Shown piece by piece: positions 1 to 11,491 of a DNA stretch of 64,000 nt. The DNA lies in NCBI GenBank assembly GCA_963813715.1, contig CAWFAK010000017.1, positions 704,001-768,000 on the forward strand, given 5' to 3'. The notes beneath the pieces were generated by a model. It did not search any database and had not been told where the DNA came from. It was given only the letters and a program-made list of their open reading frames with translations. The position numbers and the translations under genes are program-made. The number at the start of each line of letters is the position of its first letter. Position 1 is the stretch's first letter. Source of the stretch: an uncultured Planctomycetaceae bacterium. GTDB taxonomy: Bacteria > Planctomycetota > Planctomycetia > Planctomycetales > Planctomycetaceae.

Positions 1-1094
1 ATGATCGCCGCGTCGAAGGTGTCACCCGATTCTTGCACCCAGAGGAAGGCGTCCTGATTGATGACGTGGACGCGCGGGTCGGCGAGCGAGTGCCCGTTCA
101 GCTCGGCGAGCGCGGGATAGCGGTCGGCGAGCGCGGTCATGTCGGGATCGAGGTCAACCAGCGTCACTGATTCCACCGATGGGTGTCGCAGAATCTCCCG
201 CACGGCCAGGCCGTCTCCGCCGCCCAGCACCAACACGCGCCGCGGCGACCGGGCCGTCAACAGCGCCGGATGGACGAGCGCTTCGTGGTAGCGGTACTCG
301 TCGACGGAACTGAATTGCAGGTTACCGTTGAGATAGAGCTGAAAGCCCCCCTGCCCTTTGGTGATCACGATCCGCTGATACGGGCTCGACTTCGCATACA
401 CAATCGGGTGGGGCAGCGTGTTTTCCTCGGCCAGCATGGTGAGCGCATCGGCCTTGAACAGGGCGATGGCCAAGAGGCCGATCACGATCCACGCGCGGGC
501 CCGCAGGGCTCGCAGTCCCCGCTGTGCGAGCAGCGGCCGCAACAAGAAGGTTCCCCACAGGCCGACAGCCGCGTTGCCGATGCCGAATAGGAGCGACGTT
601 CGCACGAGCCCCAACCGTGGGACGAAGAAGATCGGAAAGAGCAGCGACGCCACGAGGGCGCCCAGGTAATCGAACGAGAGCACGCGCGAGACCAGGTCGC
701 GGAAGTCGACGTGGTCCTTGAGGATTCGCATCAAGAGCGGCAGCTCGAGTCCGACCAGCGTGCCGATGACCAGCACGATCGCGAAGAGCGCCACGCGGAA
801 CCAGCTCAGGTAGGCAAACGCCAAAAACAAGAGCGGCGCCGACGCTCCGCCGATGAGCGCGACGCCCAGTTCGACTTCGATGAACGAACGGGCCAGCCCC
901 TCGTCGATAAACCGCGACAGCCACGCTCCGATTCCCAGGGCGGACAGGTAAATGCCAATGATCAGCGAGAACTGCGTGACCGAGTCGCCCAGCACGTAGC
1001 TCGCCAAGGTCCCGGCCAGGAGCTCGTAGATCAGGCCGCACGTCGCCACGGCCAGGACGTTGAGGTACAGCAGAAAGAATGGGGCGCGGTTCAT
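1..1094 (-). CDS. speE: Membrane-bound polyamine aminopropyltransferase (spermidine synthase-like), runs off window start
   Basis: Own translation from ATG 1094: [28 protein letters not shown]..., multi-TM N-terminus, then [12 protein letters not shown] and [16 protein letters not shown] (dcSAM-binding motif). ATGA overlap with the DUF350 gene. Confidence 0.9.
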   Translation of the reverse strand, partial: MNRAPFFLLYLNVLAVATCGLIYELLAGTLASYVLGDSVTQFSLIIGIYLSALGIGAWLSRFIDEGLARSFIEVELGVALIGGASAPLLFLAFAYLSWFRVALFAIVLVIGTLVGLELPLLMRILKDHVDFRDLVSRVLSFDYLGALVASLLFPIFFVPRLGLVRTSLLFGIGNAAVGLWGTFLLRPLLAQRGLRALRARAWIVIGLLAIALFKADALTMLAEENTLPHPIVYAKSSPYQRIVITKGQGGFQLYLNGNLQFSSVDEYRYHEALVHPALLTARSPRRVLVLGGGDGLAVREILRHPSVESVTLVDLDPDMTALADRYPALAELNGHSLADPRVHVINQDAFLWVQESGDTFDAAI

Positions 1095-1336
1095 GAGGGT
1101 CCGATTGCCGCCGCGATAATCAGCGAGACGCCGATGATGATCGCTCCGATGATGATGCCCAGGGCCGTGTTCTGGTCCTGTTCGATCTCACGGACGACGG
1201 CAAACGGCGCGAACTTGACGATCAGCCAGAACCAGACCGACAGCACGACGAGGCCGAGCGTGACGAACACGAAGGCCGCCACCAAGTGTTGGAACAGCAC
1301 CCGCATGAATTCCATGAAGTTCTCCCGATTGAGCAA
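1091..1336 (-). CDS. DUF350-family small membrane protein
   Basis: Two TM helices and [29 protein letters not shown] motif; usual neighbour of speE. Start may be a downstream ATG. Confidence 0.75.
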   Translation of the reverse strand: MLNRENFMEFMRVLFQHLVAAFVFVTLGLVVLSVWFWLIVKFAPFAVVREIEQDQNTALGIIIGAIIIGVSLIIAAAIGPS

Positions 1337-1388
1337 TCATTCGTTTGCATGAATCTCAGGCGACCGCCTGGCACATCGCCCGCCGAGC

Positions 1389-1601
1389 TTACTTGCCTCC
1401 GCCCCACGAACCGCCCGAGGAGCGTGACCCGCCGCTATAGGAAGGCCCGCCGAAATAAATGCCGGAGTAAGGCGAGGCGCGGTGAGCCCCCGCACCGGTC
1501 CCTGTAGCCGGGCCAGCTTTCCACCCGCGATACGCGGCCGTCGTCAGCCAACTCGTGGCGAACAGGCAGACGACGAGCTGCAGGATATTTAAGATTCTCA
1601 T
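1389..1601 (-). CDS. Small hypothetical protein with N-terminal hydrophobic segment and Gly/Ser-rich tail
   Basis: 70 aa ending GGSWGGGK; co-oriented inside the operon. Confidence 0.6.
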   Translation of the reverse strand: MRILNILQLVVCLFATSWLTTAAYRGWKAGPATGTGAGAHRASPYSGIYFGGPSYSGGSRSSGGSWGGGK

Positions 1602-1649
1602 CGAGATCGGCCCTTCATTTTCACAGTCGGCGCATGACGCCCGAGATCG

Positions 1650-3167
1650 CTAGATCACGTTGCTGTTTTGCCAGCGGCGGCTCTCGAACGAGCCCCGATA
1701 AATCCAGGCGATGATCGGAATGATCGAAATCAACACGAGGGCGAAAAACAGGAAGCTCTGGTCAACCGGCGGCGTTTTGCGTGACGACAACACGATGTCG
1801 ATCAGGATCAGCACGATGCCGAACGCCACCCAGCTCAACGTGATCGGGCCGACGGCCGGCGCCGGTTGATTCATGCCGATCGACCAGCTCCGCCGCAGGT
1901 TGTGCACGCCAAACGCCTTCTCAATCTCGGCCGGTGGAACATAGACACCCAACGAGATGTTCTGCTCGCCTTGGCCCGTTTCGATCGAAAGGGCTTCCGG
2001 CGGGTGAATCAGGTCGCGGGTCTGCACTTCTTCGCCGACCTCAACCTTCCAGTAAAATTCGCCGATGACGTGCCGCACCGTCGCGAGGCCCGTTTGGAAC
2101 AAGCGAAAGGCCTTGCCGCCGTAGAAGGCGAAGTGCTGGCGGTCGTCGACGTCGCCCGGGGGGACCGGCGTCACGAAGTTCCAGTGGTCGTCACTGTGCA
2201 CGAGCCAGCGGAAGCCGGCGCTGGGGTTGTAGAGCAGGTATTCCTGCCAGCGATAAACGACTCCTTCTTCGGTGACGCTGCGCACCAGAAAGCCGATCAC
2301 GGTGTACGACGTGCCGGCGAACGTGCCCGTCGTGCCCATCGGGATCAAAGGCTCGATGCGGCTACGTTTCAGCGTCGATAGGTAGCGTAGATTGCCTTTC
2401 TCAACGTCGCTGAGGGCGCCGCAATACGGGCAGGCGATCCGCTGGGCGGCGTCCGGCGCGTGCAGTTCCAGCGAACCGCCGCACTGCGGACAGTTGAGCA
2501 ACAGCCCTTTGACTTCCTTGGGCGCCTTCGGTTCGGCGAACGCGGCGCTCGGCAAACCAAGACCCGCCAACGGCAGCTCGACGCCGATGTAGATCCGCGG
2601 CTCGGCATCGCTGTAGTCGAGCGTGGCGAATCGCTCCTGCGGACCGTAAAGATCGGCAAAGCGGACCGAAGTGCCCGGCTTGAATTGCCAGGGAATTTCC
2701 CCTTCTGCCGACCCCGCCACGGCCTCGTTCCGCTCTCCGACCTTCAGAACGCCGATCTTCTGACCCAGGTTGTACGATTGTCCGACGTCGAGTTGCTCAA
2801 AGGCCGGGACGTCGGTCGAGCTGTGCAGCGGCACTTCGAAGGTGACGTAAAACCGCCCCTGAGCCTCGGCCAGCCAGCCCCAACGTTCCCCGCCGAACGA
2901 CATGTACCATTCGTCCCACACGCCGCCGGCTGGATGCTGATATTGCACGCGGCCAACGAGCTCGTAGTTCTTGCCGCGATAGTTTCCCTGCAGGCCCAAT
3001 CGCAACGGCGATTGCGTGTCGACCAGGTCGGCGACTTTGCCTACGTCCTCGAGCGCCTTGTCACCCCGCGCGATGGCCGAATGGCAGTGCTCGCAGATCG
3101 TGACCAGCGACGACGCGACGTGAAACTCGACGATCGCCCCGCAGGACGGACAGTGCGCAACTTTCAT
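1650..3167 (-). CDS. DUF4178-domain protein (two Zn-ribbon + DUF4178 modules, C-terminal TMs)
   Basis: CPSCG..CEHC and CPQCG..CPYC ribbons; WDEWY/WQEYLL and GEIPW/GEFYW repeats. ATG 3167 overlaps the speD stop. Confidence 0.8.
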   Translation of the reverse strand: MKVAHCPSCGAIVEFHVASSLVTICEHCHSAIARGDKALEDVGKVADLVDTQSPLRLGLQGNYRGKNYELVGRVQYQHPAGGVWDEWYMSFGGERWGWLAEAQGRFYVTFEVPLHSSTDVPAFEQLDVGQSYNLGQKIGVLKVGERNEAVAGSAEGEIPWQFKPGTSVRFADLYGPQERFATLDYSDAEPRIYIGVELPLAGLGLPSAAFAEPKAPKEVKGLLLNCPQCGGSLELHAPDAAQRIACPYCGALSDVEKGNLRYLSTLKRSRIEPLIPMGTTGTFAGTSYTVIGFLVRSVTEEGVVYRWQEYLLYNPSAGFRWLVHSDDHWNFVTPVPPGDVDDRQHFAFYGGKAFRLFQTGLATVRHVIGEFYWKVEVGEEVQTRDLIHPPEALSIETGQGEQNISLGVYVPPAEIEKAFGVHNLRRSWSIGMNQPAPAVGPITLSWVAFGIVLILIDIVLSSRKTPPVDQSFLFFALVLISIIPIIAWIYRGSFESRRWQNSNVI

Positions 3168-3634
3168 GGCTGGCACTCCTCGACCGGCAAGGAGTCGGCA
3201 GTTTGCACGCCGCGGGGGATCGCGCGGGCGACGACTTCTCCCGCTCCGAGCCGCCGCTCGAGAAATTCCTGCCAATCCCACGTGGGCCGCCGGCGACAGC
3301 AGTAGAGATTGAACGTCGCCCGGCCGTGCTCGGGAAAGGTATGGCAGGTCAGATGCGACTCGGCCAGCAGGTAGAGTCCAGTCACGCCGCCCGGTTCATC
3401 GCTCCCGGGGGGCGAGGGGAATTGATGCCAGTGCGGCTCGCCAATCACGCGCAACCGCAGCGCGGCCACCAGCTCTGCGCAGACATGCTGCAGATGGCGC
3501 AGGTCCGACAGCCGCCGTGCGTCACAGCCGGCCGCGTCGACAAGCCATTCGGTCCCCTCGAGCAGAGCCGCCGCTGTCGTCCCTGGGCTCTTCGAGCGCG
3601 TGGAGCGATCTTGCTCCGGGCGCAAACTTTGCAT
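3164..3634 (-). CDS. speD: S-adenosylmethionine decarboxylase proenzyme
   Basis: GVTGLYLLAESHLTCHTFPE (E-SH pyruvoyl cleavage site), FNLYCC; operon with speE. Confidence 0.85.
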   Translation of the reverse strand: MQSLRPEQDRSTRSKSPGTTAAALLEGTEWLVDAAGCDARRLSDLRHLQHVCAELVAALRLRVIGEPHWHQFPSPPGSDEPGGVTGLYLLAESHLTCHTFPEHGRATFNLYCCRRRPTWDWQEFLERRLGAGEVVARAIPRGVQTADSLPVEECQP

Positions 3635-3737
3635 GGGCCAGATTCTGCCAAATCGGCAACGCTGCCGAAAGCACCTGTTCGTGAATTTCGAGGCACCCCG
3701 AAATTCAAGCAGTGTGCGAGACAACGCACGAAAGGGC

Positions 3738-4745
3738 CTAACGGTTCACGTTCTGCATGCCGCCCGGGGCATAGCGTTCTCCGGCGGCCGACCCGGAGGG
3801 AAGAATTGCATCGATCTGCGCCAGCTCGTCCGACGAGAATTTGATCTGTGCGGCCGCGAGGTTTTCGTCCAGATACTTGGACCGTTTCGTGCCGGGAATG
3901 GGCACGATGTCCGGCCCTTGGGCCAGCACCCAGGCCAGTGCCAACTGGCTTGGCGTGCAGCCCTTCGCGGCGGCCAGCTGCTTGATCTTGGCGACCAGCT
4001 CCAGATTCTTCGCGAAGTTCTCCCCCTGGAAGCGGGGCGAGTTGCGGCGGAAGTCGTCTGCCGGCAGGTCGTCAATCGTCTTGAACGCGCCGGTGAGAAA
4101 GCCGCGGCCCAGCGGACTGTAGGCGACGAACGCGATCCCCAGCTCGCGGACGGTGGGCAATAGCTCGACTTCGGGCTCGCGGCTCCAGAGCGAATATTCC
4201 GTCTGCAGCGCGGCGATTGGATGCACCTGGGCGGCCCGTCGAATCGTCGCCGGCGCGGCTTCCGACAGGCCGAGATAACGCACTTTCCCGGCCTGGACCA
4301 ATTCGGCCATCGCGCCGACGGTCTCTTCGATGGGCGTCTTGGCATCAACGCGGTGTTGATAATAGAGGTCGATCTGATCGACGCCGAGCCGCTTGAGGCT
4401 GGCGTCGCAGGCCTCTTTCACGTATTGCCGGTCTCCGCGGATCCCGAGAAATTCGCCCTTCGGTCCGCGGACGTTGGCAAACTTCGTCGCCAACACGACG
4501 TCCTGACGGCGACCGGCGATTGCCTTGCCCACCAGGACTTCGTTCTTGCCCGTGCCGTACACATCGGCCGTGTCGAGGAAATTTCCGCCCGCATCGAGGT
4601 AGCGGTGGATCACGCGGATCGACTCGGCATCGTCCATCTCGCCCGGCCCGTAAAACTCGCTCATTCCCATGCAGCCCAGCCCGATTGCGGAAACGCTCGG
4701 CCCGCGGGTGCCCAATTTGCGTGTTTGCGTCAATACCCGAGACAT
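3738..4745 (-). CDS. Aldo/keto reductase
   Basis: [41 protein letters not shown] motifs. Confidence 0.93.
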   Translation of the reverse strand: MSRVLTQTRKLGTRGPSVSAIGLGCMGMSEFYGPGEMDDAESIRVIHRYLDAGGNFLDTADVYGTGKNEVLVGKAIAGRRQDVVLATKFANVRGPKGEFLGIRGDRQYVKEACDASLKRLGVDQIDLYYQHRVDAKTPIEETVGAMAELVQAGKVRYLGLSEAAPATIRRAAQVHPIAALQTEYSLWSREPEVELLPTVRELGIAFVAYSPLGRGFLTGAFKTIDDLPADDFRRNSPRFQGENFAKNLELVAKIKQLAAAKGCTPSQLALAWVLAQGPDIVPIPGTKRSKYLDENLAAAQIKFSSDELAQIDAILPSGSAAGERYAPGGMQNVNR

Positions 4746-4803
4746 TGGTTTCTCCCGATAATGGCCCGCACGGTCACGAGCGCAGTTCGCGAGCTGGAAC
4801 AAA

Positions 4804-5088
4804 ATGGTCGAACCCGAAGACGACGATTGGTGGAAGCACGGCCGCCCCCCCGACGAGTTCGAGGAAGAGCACGACGACGAAGTCTATGGATTGGAGGAGG
4901 ATGAGGACCCGGTCATCCCCTGCCCCAATTGCGGCAAGGAGGTCTTCGACGATGCCGAACAATGTCCGTCCTGCGGGCATTGGTTGGTCTCCGATCGCAG
5001 CCCGATGAGGGGCCGCCCGGGCTGGTTCCTCATCCTCGGCTTTGGCGGCGCGATCTTGGCAATTTTGCTGTGGCTGTTTTGGCGTTGA
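4804..5088 (+). CDS. Small acidic Zn-ribbon protein with C-terminal TM helix
   Basis: CPNCG...CPSCG, acidic N-terminus, hydrophobic C-terminus. Confidence 0.7.
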   Translation: MVEPEDDDWWKHGRPPDEFEEEHDDEVYGLEEDEDPVIPCPNCGKEVFDDAEQCPSCGHWLVSDRSPMRGRPGWFLILGFGGAILAILLWLFWR

Positions 5089-5142
5089 TCCCGTCCGCGC
5101 GTGCGAGTCGTCTGCGCCGCCCGCCCTAGTCCTGACGTTCAC

Positions 5143-6064
5143 TTAGTGCTTGAGCTTGCTGTCGAAGAATTCAAACATCGCCTGGTCGGCGGCTACGGCG
5201 TCGTGACCGCGGAAGCCGTGACCGGCCCCGGGTAGCGTGAGCAGTTCAGCCTCGACAGTGGCGGCTTTCAATCGGTCGACGAGCCACTCGGCCTGCTCGT
5301 GCGCAACGTAATTATCCTTCGTGCCGTGAATGCACAGCGTGGGAGCGGCGTCGGGCGTCACCCAATAGAGCGGGCTGGCCTGAATGTGCAGTGCATGGGC
5401 GGTCTCCAGGTTGCCGCCCAGCCACAATGGCAGAACCTCGGCCGCGTCGACGCTCTTCCCGTACGACTTGGTGAAGTCGCTGGGGCCGAAGAAGTTCACG
5501 ACGCAGCTGACGCTGCTCGAATAATGCGGGTTGCCGCCGTGGCCCTCGAATCGCGGCACGTGCGCGGTCACGCCGAGAAACTGCGCGAGATGGCCGCCCG
5601 CCGAGCCTCCCATCACGCCGATCCGGTCCGGATTGATCTTGTAAGTGGCCGCGTTGGCCCGAAGCCAGCGGACCGCCGCCTTCGTATCGAAGATGGCGGC
5701 CGGAAACTTGTGCCGGGGAGCCAGGCGATACGTGATCGTCGCCGCGACATAGCCGCGCTCGGCCAACTTGATGCACAGCCCGTCGTACGACTGCCGGTCA
5801 CCCGCACGAAAGCCGCCACCGTGAATACACAAGAACGGCAGGGAACGGCCCCTCGCCCGTCTTGGGGCGAGCCAGATCGAGTTTCAAGGATTCGCCGCCA
5901 GGATTCGAGTATTCCACGTCGGGCTGCCAGATCACATCGTCCGGAACCTTCACGCCGTTCGGCAGTTTTTGTGCCGCGCCGGCCGCAGGCGAACCGGCGG
6001 TCGAGCAGAAGCCCCAAACGGCACAAACAAACAGGCAGCGGAACAGCGGGGAGATCGTCCTCAT
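5143..6064 (-). CDS. Secreted alpha/beta hydrolase (esterase); frameshift near 5830
   Basis: Signal peptide and LKLDLARP in one frame continue into IHGGGF, GGSAGG, IHGTKD and GAGHGF in the next. Confidence 0.85.
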
Positions 6065-6114
6065 TACTCTTACCTCGTGAAACAGGATCCATGGAGCCGG
6101 TTCGTCGGCTCGTC

Positions 6115-6861
6115 TCACAGCTGAATTCGCGAAAACAAATATCCGCCCAGGAACAACAGCAATGCCGCCACGGCGATCAGCACCGTGATATCGAGGGCCG
6201 GGTTGAAAAAGGCAACGCCGGTGAGCGCACCGCGCAGGCCGTCGACCCCGTACGACAGCGGGTTGAATCGCACCACGATGTTAAGCGCCGGCGGCAGATC
6301 GCGGAGCGGGAACAACGCGCCGGAAAGGAAAAACAGCGGCATCACCAGGAAATTCATGATCAGTTGAAAGCCCTGGAAGTCCGTCAGCATCGAGGCGATT
6401 GCCGTCCCCATCGAGGTAAACAAGATCGCCATCAAGGCCATAAACAGGAGAGCCAATGGCACCCCTGTCCAATCGACGATGCGGAAGCCCGCTGCGTAGC
6501 TGACGACGATCACCACCAGTCCCTGGAGAACGGCGACCGTCGCGCCCCCGAGCACGCGGCCCAACATGATCGTCAGCCGTGAGACCGGGGCTACCAGAGT
6601 TTCTTTCAAGAACCCGAACTGGCGGTCCCAGATCAGCTCGATGCCCGAGAAAACCGAAGTGAAGAGCACCGTCATGGCGACGATGCCGGGCGCCAGAAAC
6701 TGGATGTAGTTCCCCTGCCCCGCCTTTTGAAAAATGGGCCCCAGGCCGAAGCCCAGTCCGAGCAAGAACAACAGCGGCTGCCCCAGGGCGCCGATCACCC
6801 GCGCCTTCGAGCGGGCGTATCGCTTCAATTGCCTCAGCCAGAGTGCGGCAATCACGTTCAT
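6115..6861 (-). CDS. ABC-2 type transporter permease
   Basis: Multi-TM; WDRQFGFLKETLVAPVSR, FFLSGALFP, NPLSYGVDGLR; ATGA coupling to the ATPase. Confidence 0.9.
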   Translation of the reverse strand: MNVIAALWLRQLKRYARSKARVIGALGQPLLFLLGLGFGLGPIFQKAGQGNYIQFLAPGIVAMTVLFTSVFSGIELIWDRQFGFLKETLVAPVSRLTIMLGRVLGGATVAVLQGLVVIVVSYAAGFRIVDWTGVPLALLFMALMAILFTSMGTAIASMLTDFQGFQLIMNFLVMPLFFLSGALFPLRDLPPALNIVVRFNPLSYGVDGLRGALTGVAFFNPALDITVLIAVAALLLFLGGYLFSRIQL

Positions 6862-7655
6862 CGGCGTCTCCAAAGCCGGCTCATGTTCCGCATGCGATCG
6901 AGCGGGCTGGCCTCTTCGTCGCGGATCGATGAACCGGTAAGCGCCAGAAACGCCTGCTCGAGCGTCTCCGAACCGGTCTGCGTTTTGAGCTCGGCCGGCG
7001 AGCCCTGCGCGACGATCCGCCCGTGATCGATGATCGCCATCCGGTCGGCCACGCGGTCGGCCTCTTCCATGTAGTGCGTCGTGAGAAAGACCGTCACGTG
7101 CTGCTCCTCGTTGAGCTTGCGGACGTGCGTCCACAGATGGTTGCGCGTCTGCGGGTCGAGCCCGAGCGTCGGCTCGTCGAGAAACAGAATCTTGGGTGTG
7201 TGCAAGAGGCCGCGGGCGATTTCCAGCCGACGACGCATGCCGCCCGAAAACGTTTTGGCGCGATCGTTCCGACGGTCCCACAATTCGACGAGCTTCAGCA
7301 GCCCTTCGATCCGCTCGCTCCGGACCCGCCGCGGCACCTTGTAGAGGACGCCGTGAATATCCATGTTTTCGTAAGCGGTCAACTCGTCGTCGAGCGAGGG
7401 ATCCTGAAAGACGATGCCGAACCGCTTGCGGACCTCGTTTTGATTTGTGGTCGGATCGAGGCCGTCGATCTCCACCTTTCCGCTCGTCGCTTTCAAGAGC
7501 GTCGTCAGGATCTTGATGGTGGTCGTCTTGCCGGCCCCGTTGGGCCCGAGAAAGGCGAAGATCTCACCCGCCTCGACGTCGAACGAGATGTCGTCGACGG
7601 CCGTGAACGCGCCGTAGTTCTTGACGAGATGCTCGACGTGGATCATCGACGGCAT
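6858..7655 (-). CDS. ABC transporter ATP-binding protein (DrrA-like)
   Basis: GPNGAGKTT, FSGGMRRR, LFLDEPT, TTHYM. Confidence 0.93.
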   Translation of the reverse strand: MPSMIHVEHLVKNYGAFTAVDDISFDVEAGEIFAFLGPNGAGKTTTIKILTTLLKATSGKVEIDGLDPTTNQNEVRKRFGIVFQDPSLDDELTAYENMDIHGVLYKVPRRVRSERIEGLLKLVELWDRRNDRAKTFSGGMRRRLEIARGLLHTPKILFLDEPTLGLDPQTRNHLWTHVRKLNEEQHVTVFLTTHYMEEADRVADRMAIIDHGRIVAQGSPAELKTQTGSETLEQAFLALTGSSIRDEEASPLDRMRNMSRLWRRR

Positions 7656-7785
7656 GCGGCCCCTCGGGCAAAGGCGTTCAGGCTATGTCATTGGTGTGCC
7701 ATGGTCCAGCGACGCCGCCCGATGAGACGTGGCTTGGTGGAGGCGCACTAAGGTTGGGCACTTCGAGCCCGCGGAGTCGTGGCAG

Positions 7786-9153
7786 CTATTCGGCGGCCGA
7801 CCCCGAGTCGACGTCCCGCGACGCTCGGCTGACGGCAACTGCGGGCAGCGGCTTGTTGTGCAACGCCGGAATCGAGAACGAAAAGAAAGCCGCCACCACA
7901 CCGCAGAAGATGAGATAGAAGGCGGGCGCAATCTCGTGGTGGGTGTGCTCGACCAGTGCAACCGCGACCAGGGGGGCCGTTCCGCTGAGCACGGCCTGGC
8001 CGACGTTGTACCCGATGGCAACTCCCGTGTAGCGCGTCTGCGTCGGGAAGAGTTCCACCATCGTCGCGCCCATGCAGCAACCGAACAGACTGCTCACCAC
8101 CGCGAAGGCCAGTCCGCCGGCAATCGCGGCTGCGAACGTGCCGCTGCTCATCATCGACATCAACGGGTACGACAACAGGGCGTAGCCGGCGGAGGCAGCC
8201 AAATACATCGGCCGGCGTCCCACGCGATCGGAAAGCAGCGCCAAGAGCGGAATCAAGACCAAGAGCGCGGATAGTGATATCGTACTGCTGGCAAAGGCCT
8301 GTTCCTTGGGCAGCGGGTGCGCGATCATCTGCGAGAGCCACGTCGGCAGCCAGACGAAAGGCAGGTAAAAGCCGACCGAGCTCAGCCCCGTCAGGCCAAT
8401 GGTCGTGATGATTGCGCCGCGGTCGCGGCGGAGCGCATCAGCGATCGGGTTGGCAGCCAGCTGTCCGGTTCGCCGCAGTTCGGCGAAATCAGGACTTTCG
8501 GCGATGCCCAACCGCAGCCAGAAGCCCAGCGCGCCGATCGCGAGTCCCGAAATGAAGGCCACCCGCCAACCCCAGGCGTGCAATTGGGTGTCGGAAAGCG
8601 CGAGTGTCGCCAGCGCCGCCACGGCCGAGCCGAGCAATGTGCCCAACACGACGGTGAAGCCGCTCCAGCTGCCATAAAAGGCTCGCCGATTCGGCGGCGC
8701 GTGCTCCGCAAGAAACGCGATCGATCCGATATACTCGCCGCCCACACTCAGCCCCTGCAGCATCCGCAGCAGCGTGAGCAAGATCGGCGCGGCCACTCCG
8801 ATCGTCGCATAGCCGGGCAGCAACCCCAGCAACGTCGTGGAGACGGCCATCACCAGGACTGAGAGTTCCAGCGCCCGTTTTCGGCCCAGCCGGTCGCCGA
8901 CTAATCCGAACAGCAGGCCACCAATCGGCCGCATCAAGAAGCCGGTGGCGAAGACCCCAAACGTGTCCAATAAGGACGCCATCCGGTCTCCGCCGGGAAA
9001 AAACTCGGCGGCGATGACGGAGGCGAAATAGCCGAACAGCCCGAAGTCGTACCACTCGAGCACGTTGCCGATCGCGCCGGCCAGGACCGTCCGCGTTCGG
9101 GAGGCCGATCGGGGCTGCTGATCGCGCGCCGTGCTGGGGTCAGCCTCCGTCAT
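7786..9153 (-). CDS. MFS transporter, metabolite:H+ symporter (ProP-like)
   Basis: GNVLEWYDF, GDRLGRK, LQGLSVGGEY, SDRVGRR. Confidence 0.9.
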   Translation of the reverse strand: MTEADPSTARDQQPRSASRTRTVLAGAIGNVLEWYDFGLFGYFASVIAAEFFPGGDRMASLLDTFGVFATGFLMRPIGGLLFGLVGDRLGRKRALELSVLVMAVSTTLLGLLPGYATIGVAAPILLTLLRMLQGLSVGGEYIGSIAFLAEHAPPNRRAFYGSWSGFTVVLGTLLGSAVAALATLALSDTQLHAWGWRVAFISGLAIGALGFWLRLGIAESPDFAELRRTGQLAANPIADALRRDRGAIITTIGLTGLSSVGFYLPFVWLPTWLSQMIAHPLPKEQAFASSTISLSALLVLIPLLALLSDRVGRRPMYLAASAGYALLSYPLMSMMSSGTFAAAIAGGLAFAVVSSLFGCCMGATMVELFPTQTRYTGVAIGYNVGQAVLSGTAPLVAVALVEHTHHEIAPAFYLIFCGVVAAFFSFSIPALHNKPLPAVAVSRASRDVDSGSAAE

Positions 9154-9233
9154 GCGTGCCAATCATCGCGAGGTGGTATTCTTCGGAGAAGAACTTAACA
9201 CCGGCGATGCGGCGTTGCAAATTCGGACGGCAG

Positions 9234-9870
9234 CTACAGCTTCGGAGTGATGCTCGTCTTCAGGCGCGTCGTGGCAAGGGGCCCGGGCGACTTTTACTGA
9301 TTCCTTTCCAACAACCTCAAGATTGAAGTCATAGTCGGCGCGTCCCGGCGCTGCGATTTCCACGACGAACTTCTGGTCGTCCTTGTTCCTTTCGGGGTCG
9401 TTGTAAAGATTTTTGAGGCCGTCCGGTCCGACGTAGTCATGGGTCATCGAAGGGCCGGCGATGCGGCGTCCGTGCCCGCCAGTGCCCCGCCCCTGATCAA
9501 TCTTGAGCTGAGCAAAGGTTACCACATACTTCCCGGTCGGGGCTCCGTCGCCCGGCAGATAGGTCGTGAAGGAGAAATTTCCCTGCTCGTCACAACTTGT
9601 CGAGCCCTTGCCACCGGCGACAAGGTGCGCGGGGTCGTTCAAGACCACGAACAAGGTGCCGTTGTCTTGTGAAGGAGGCTGGCCGTCGACGGTGACATGC
9701 CCCGCAAATTTCGCAACGGAGACCTTATTGGGAAGTTGGGCGACCTGCTCGACTTGGTCTGTCCGGGGGCCGCCAGAGTTATTGCAGCCGGAGAATGCAG
9801 CCACGGCGAGCAAAGAAACGAAAGCCCGGGCGAACGAACGGTCAAGTCGGCGCCGTTTGACGGAAGGCAT
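9234..9870 (-). CDS. DUF1559-partner lipoprotein, copy 1; likely extra A near 9293
   Basis: Lipobox FSGC and GPDGLKNLYNDP motif. Removing one A restores KSPGPLATT...PKL*, matching the paralog ending KSPGPHAVT (stop at 9234). The ORF track gives 9163..9870. Confidence 0.75.
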
Positions 9871-9903
9871 TTCTCGATCTCCAGTTGACCGGCGGTTTCA
9901 GAT

Positions 9904-9953
9904 TCAAAAATGTGGCCCGAGCCGCGGCGGATGGTTCCATCACGGCTCGGACC
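9904..9953 (-). terminator. Stem-loop with T-tract between DUF1559 and lipoprotein genes
   Basis: Minus strand GGTCCGAGCCGTGATGGA-ACCA-TCCGCCGCGGCTCGGGCC then ACATTTTT; G-U pairs favour the minus strand. Confidence 0.6.
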
Positions 9954-9996
9954 CTCTTGCTTCAGACGAACAAAGCAGCTTGGCCCGCCAGGCAGA

Positions 9997-11265
9997 TTAG
10001 AACGAGCTGTCGGTGAGCGGCTTGGCTCCCTTATAAGTCTGTAGGCGGCACAGCACCGTAATGCCCGTGTTCTCGCTGATCATGCGCGCCGAACCGTCGC
10101 ACAGAGCGATGCCAACCGAGCCGGGGTGGAACGAATACCAGTTGTTCGACCAGACATTGATGCAATTGAGGAAGCAGACGGCCTGATTCAAAGTGTGAGC
10201 ATTCAGGGGAGTCGGGAATGCAGGCCCACCGGGGTTAAAGAAACTGGTGCCGGTCATGGTCTGAAATGCGCTGTTGTAACAAGACCAGCAGCCGCCCGGG
10301 TTGTGTTGGATGGTGCCGGGCCCGGTGCCAAAAACGGCGGCCAGAGAGGGCTGCTTGACGCCGCGAATCCACAAGTCCGGACGGCCGGCCAATTCGGCGA
10401 ACAACACGGTGGTCGACGTGCCGTCAGTGATCTTGTCGATCGAGACATTGAATTGGAATACGTTGATCGGCCCCGCACGGTAGGCCTCTGGCTGACAACT
10501 GTTTGCGAGCAAATAGGCGGCGCCGAGCGGCGTGCACTTGTCTTCGTAACCGCCCACGGCCGTGTAGTCCAAGGCCCCTGACAACTGCCGAGGACCGAAG
10601 GCGGCGGCACAGGGACTCGGACCCGCGAAGCAGGGGCATGTGTCCGAGCCGACCTCGACAAACGGATTCTGGGTTCGAGGAGCTGAAGGGCAAACGAACG
10701 CCGGAATCACCGCGGCTCCCGGACGCGTGGACGAGCACGGATCCTGGCACGGATCCGTCACGTTCTTATAGGTGTAGAGTTTTCCGCAGCCACAGCAGGC
10801 CAGCGGCTTTTGGTTCAAGAGCGCGGGGTGCTCACAGCACGGCGGCAGCATCGGACTGTTCATGCAGATCTTGTTGTAAACGGTCGTCGCTTCGATCAAG
10901 GGAAGCAGCCGTTCGCCCCAGTAGTGGAAGTTGAACGAAGACGTGAACAGGCCGGCTTTGCAAGGGCACGGGGTGTAGGGGGCAAGAGGCCCACCGCCGT
11001 TGCCAGGCGGGCAGCAGCAGATCAGGCACTTGGGGATCGCCGTTGGGAACGTGTAGCTGATCGCTGGCGTGAATTGGTTGTTGATGTCGTGATAGTTGTG
11101 CTCGGCCAACGCCATCTGCTTCAGGTTGTTGCGGCATTGCGTGCGGCGTGCCGCCTCGCGGGCCGCCTGAACGGCCGGCAGCAAGAGCGCGATCAAGACC
11201 GCAATGATGGCGATCACGACCAATAGCTCGATCAGCGTGAACCCTGACTTTCGTTGTCTTGGCAT
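9997..11265 (-). CDS. Cys-rich DUF1559 prepilin-type protein, copy 1
   Basis: [47 protein letters not shown]...CDGS (H-X9-DG); about 27 Cys by hand count. Confidence 0.92.
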   Translation of the reverse strand: MPRQRKSGFTLIELLVVIAIIAVLIALLLPAVQAAREAARRTQCRNNLKQMALAEHNYHDINNQFTPAISYTFPTAIPKCLICCCPPGNGGGPLAPYTPCPCKAGLFTSSFNFHYWGERLLPLIEATTVYNKICMNSPMLPPCCEHPALLNQKPLACCGCGKLYTYKNVTDPCQDPCSSTRPGAAVIPAFVCPSAPRTQNPFVEVGSDTCPCFAGPSPCAAAFGPRQLSGALDYTAVGGYEDKCTPLGAAYLLANSCQPEAYRAGPINVFQFNVSIDKITDGTSTTVLFAELAGRPDLWIRGVKQPSLAAVFGTGPGTIQHNPGGCWSCYNSAFQTMTGTSFFNPGGPAFPTPLNAHTLNQAVCFLNCINVWSNNWYSFHPGSVGIALCDGSARMISENTGITVLCRLQTYKGAKPLTDSSF

Positions 11266-11388
11266 AAACTGTCCCCTAATTCGGAAAGAAGGCCACAAAT
11301 TTGGAGCTGGCCCGCCGCCAGCCGTAAGAAACGCTCATTCGGCCTGGGAAAACTCCTCGATCGACCACTTCGCCCACGGACGCCCTCT

Positions 11389-11491
11389 ATCAAACATGCT
11401 AAAAAACTGGCTGTCAATAAATTGGCACATGGAAGTGGCGGGAAAATGTTCAAATGGCAAAAATTCTCCATGAAGTGTTAGTTTTATCACA
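11389..11491 (-). promoter_or_regulatory. Sigma70-like promoter plus CRP-like box
   Basis: TTGACA (11412-11417), 17 bp, TTTGAT; AAGTGTTA-N6-TCACACTT with core at 11476-11491. Confidence 0.6.
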
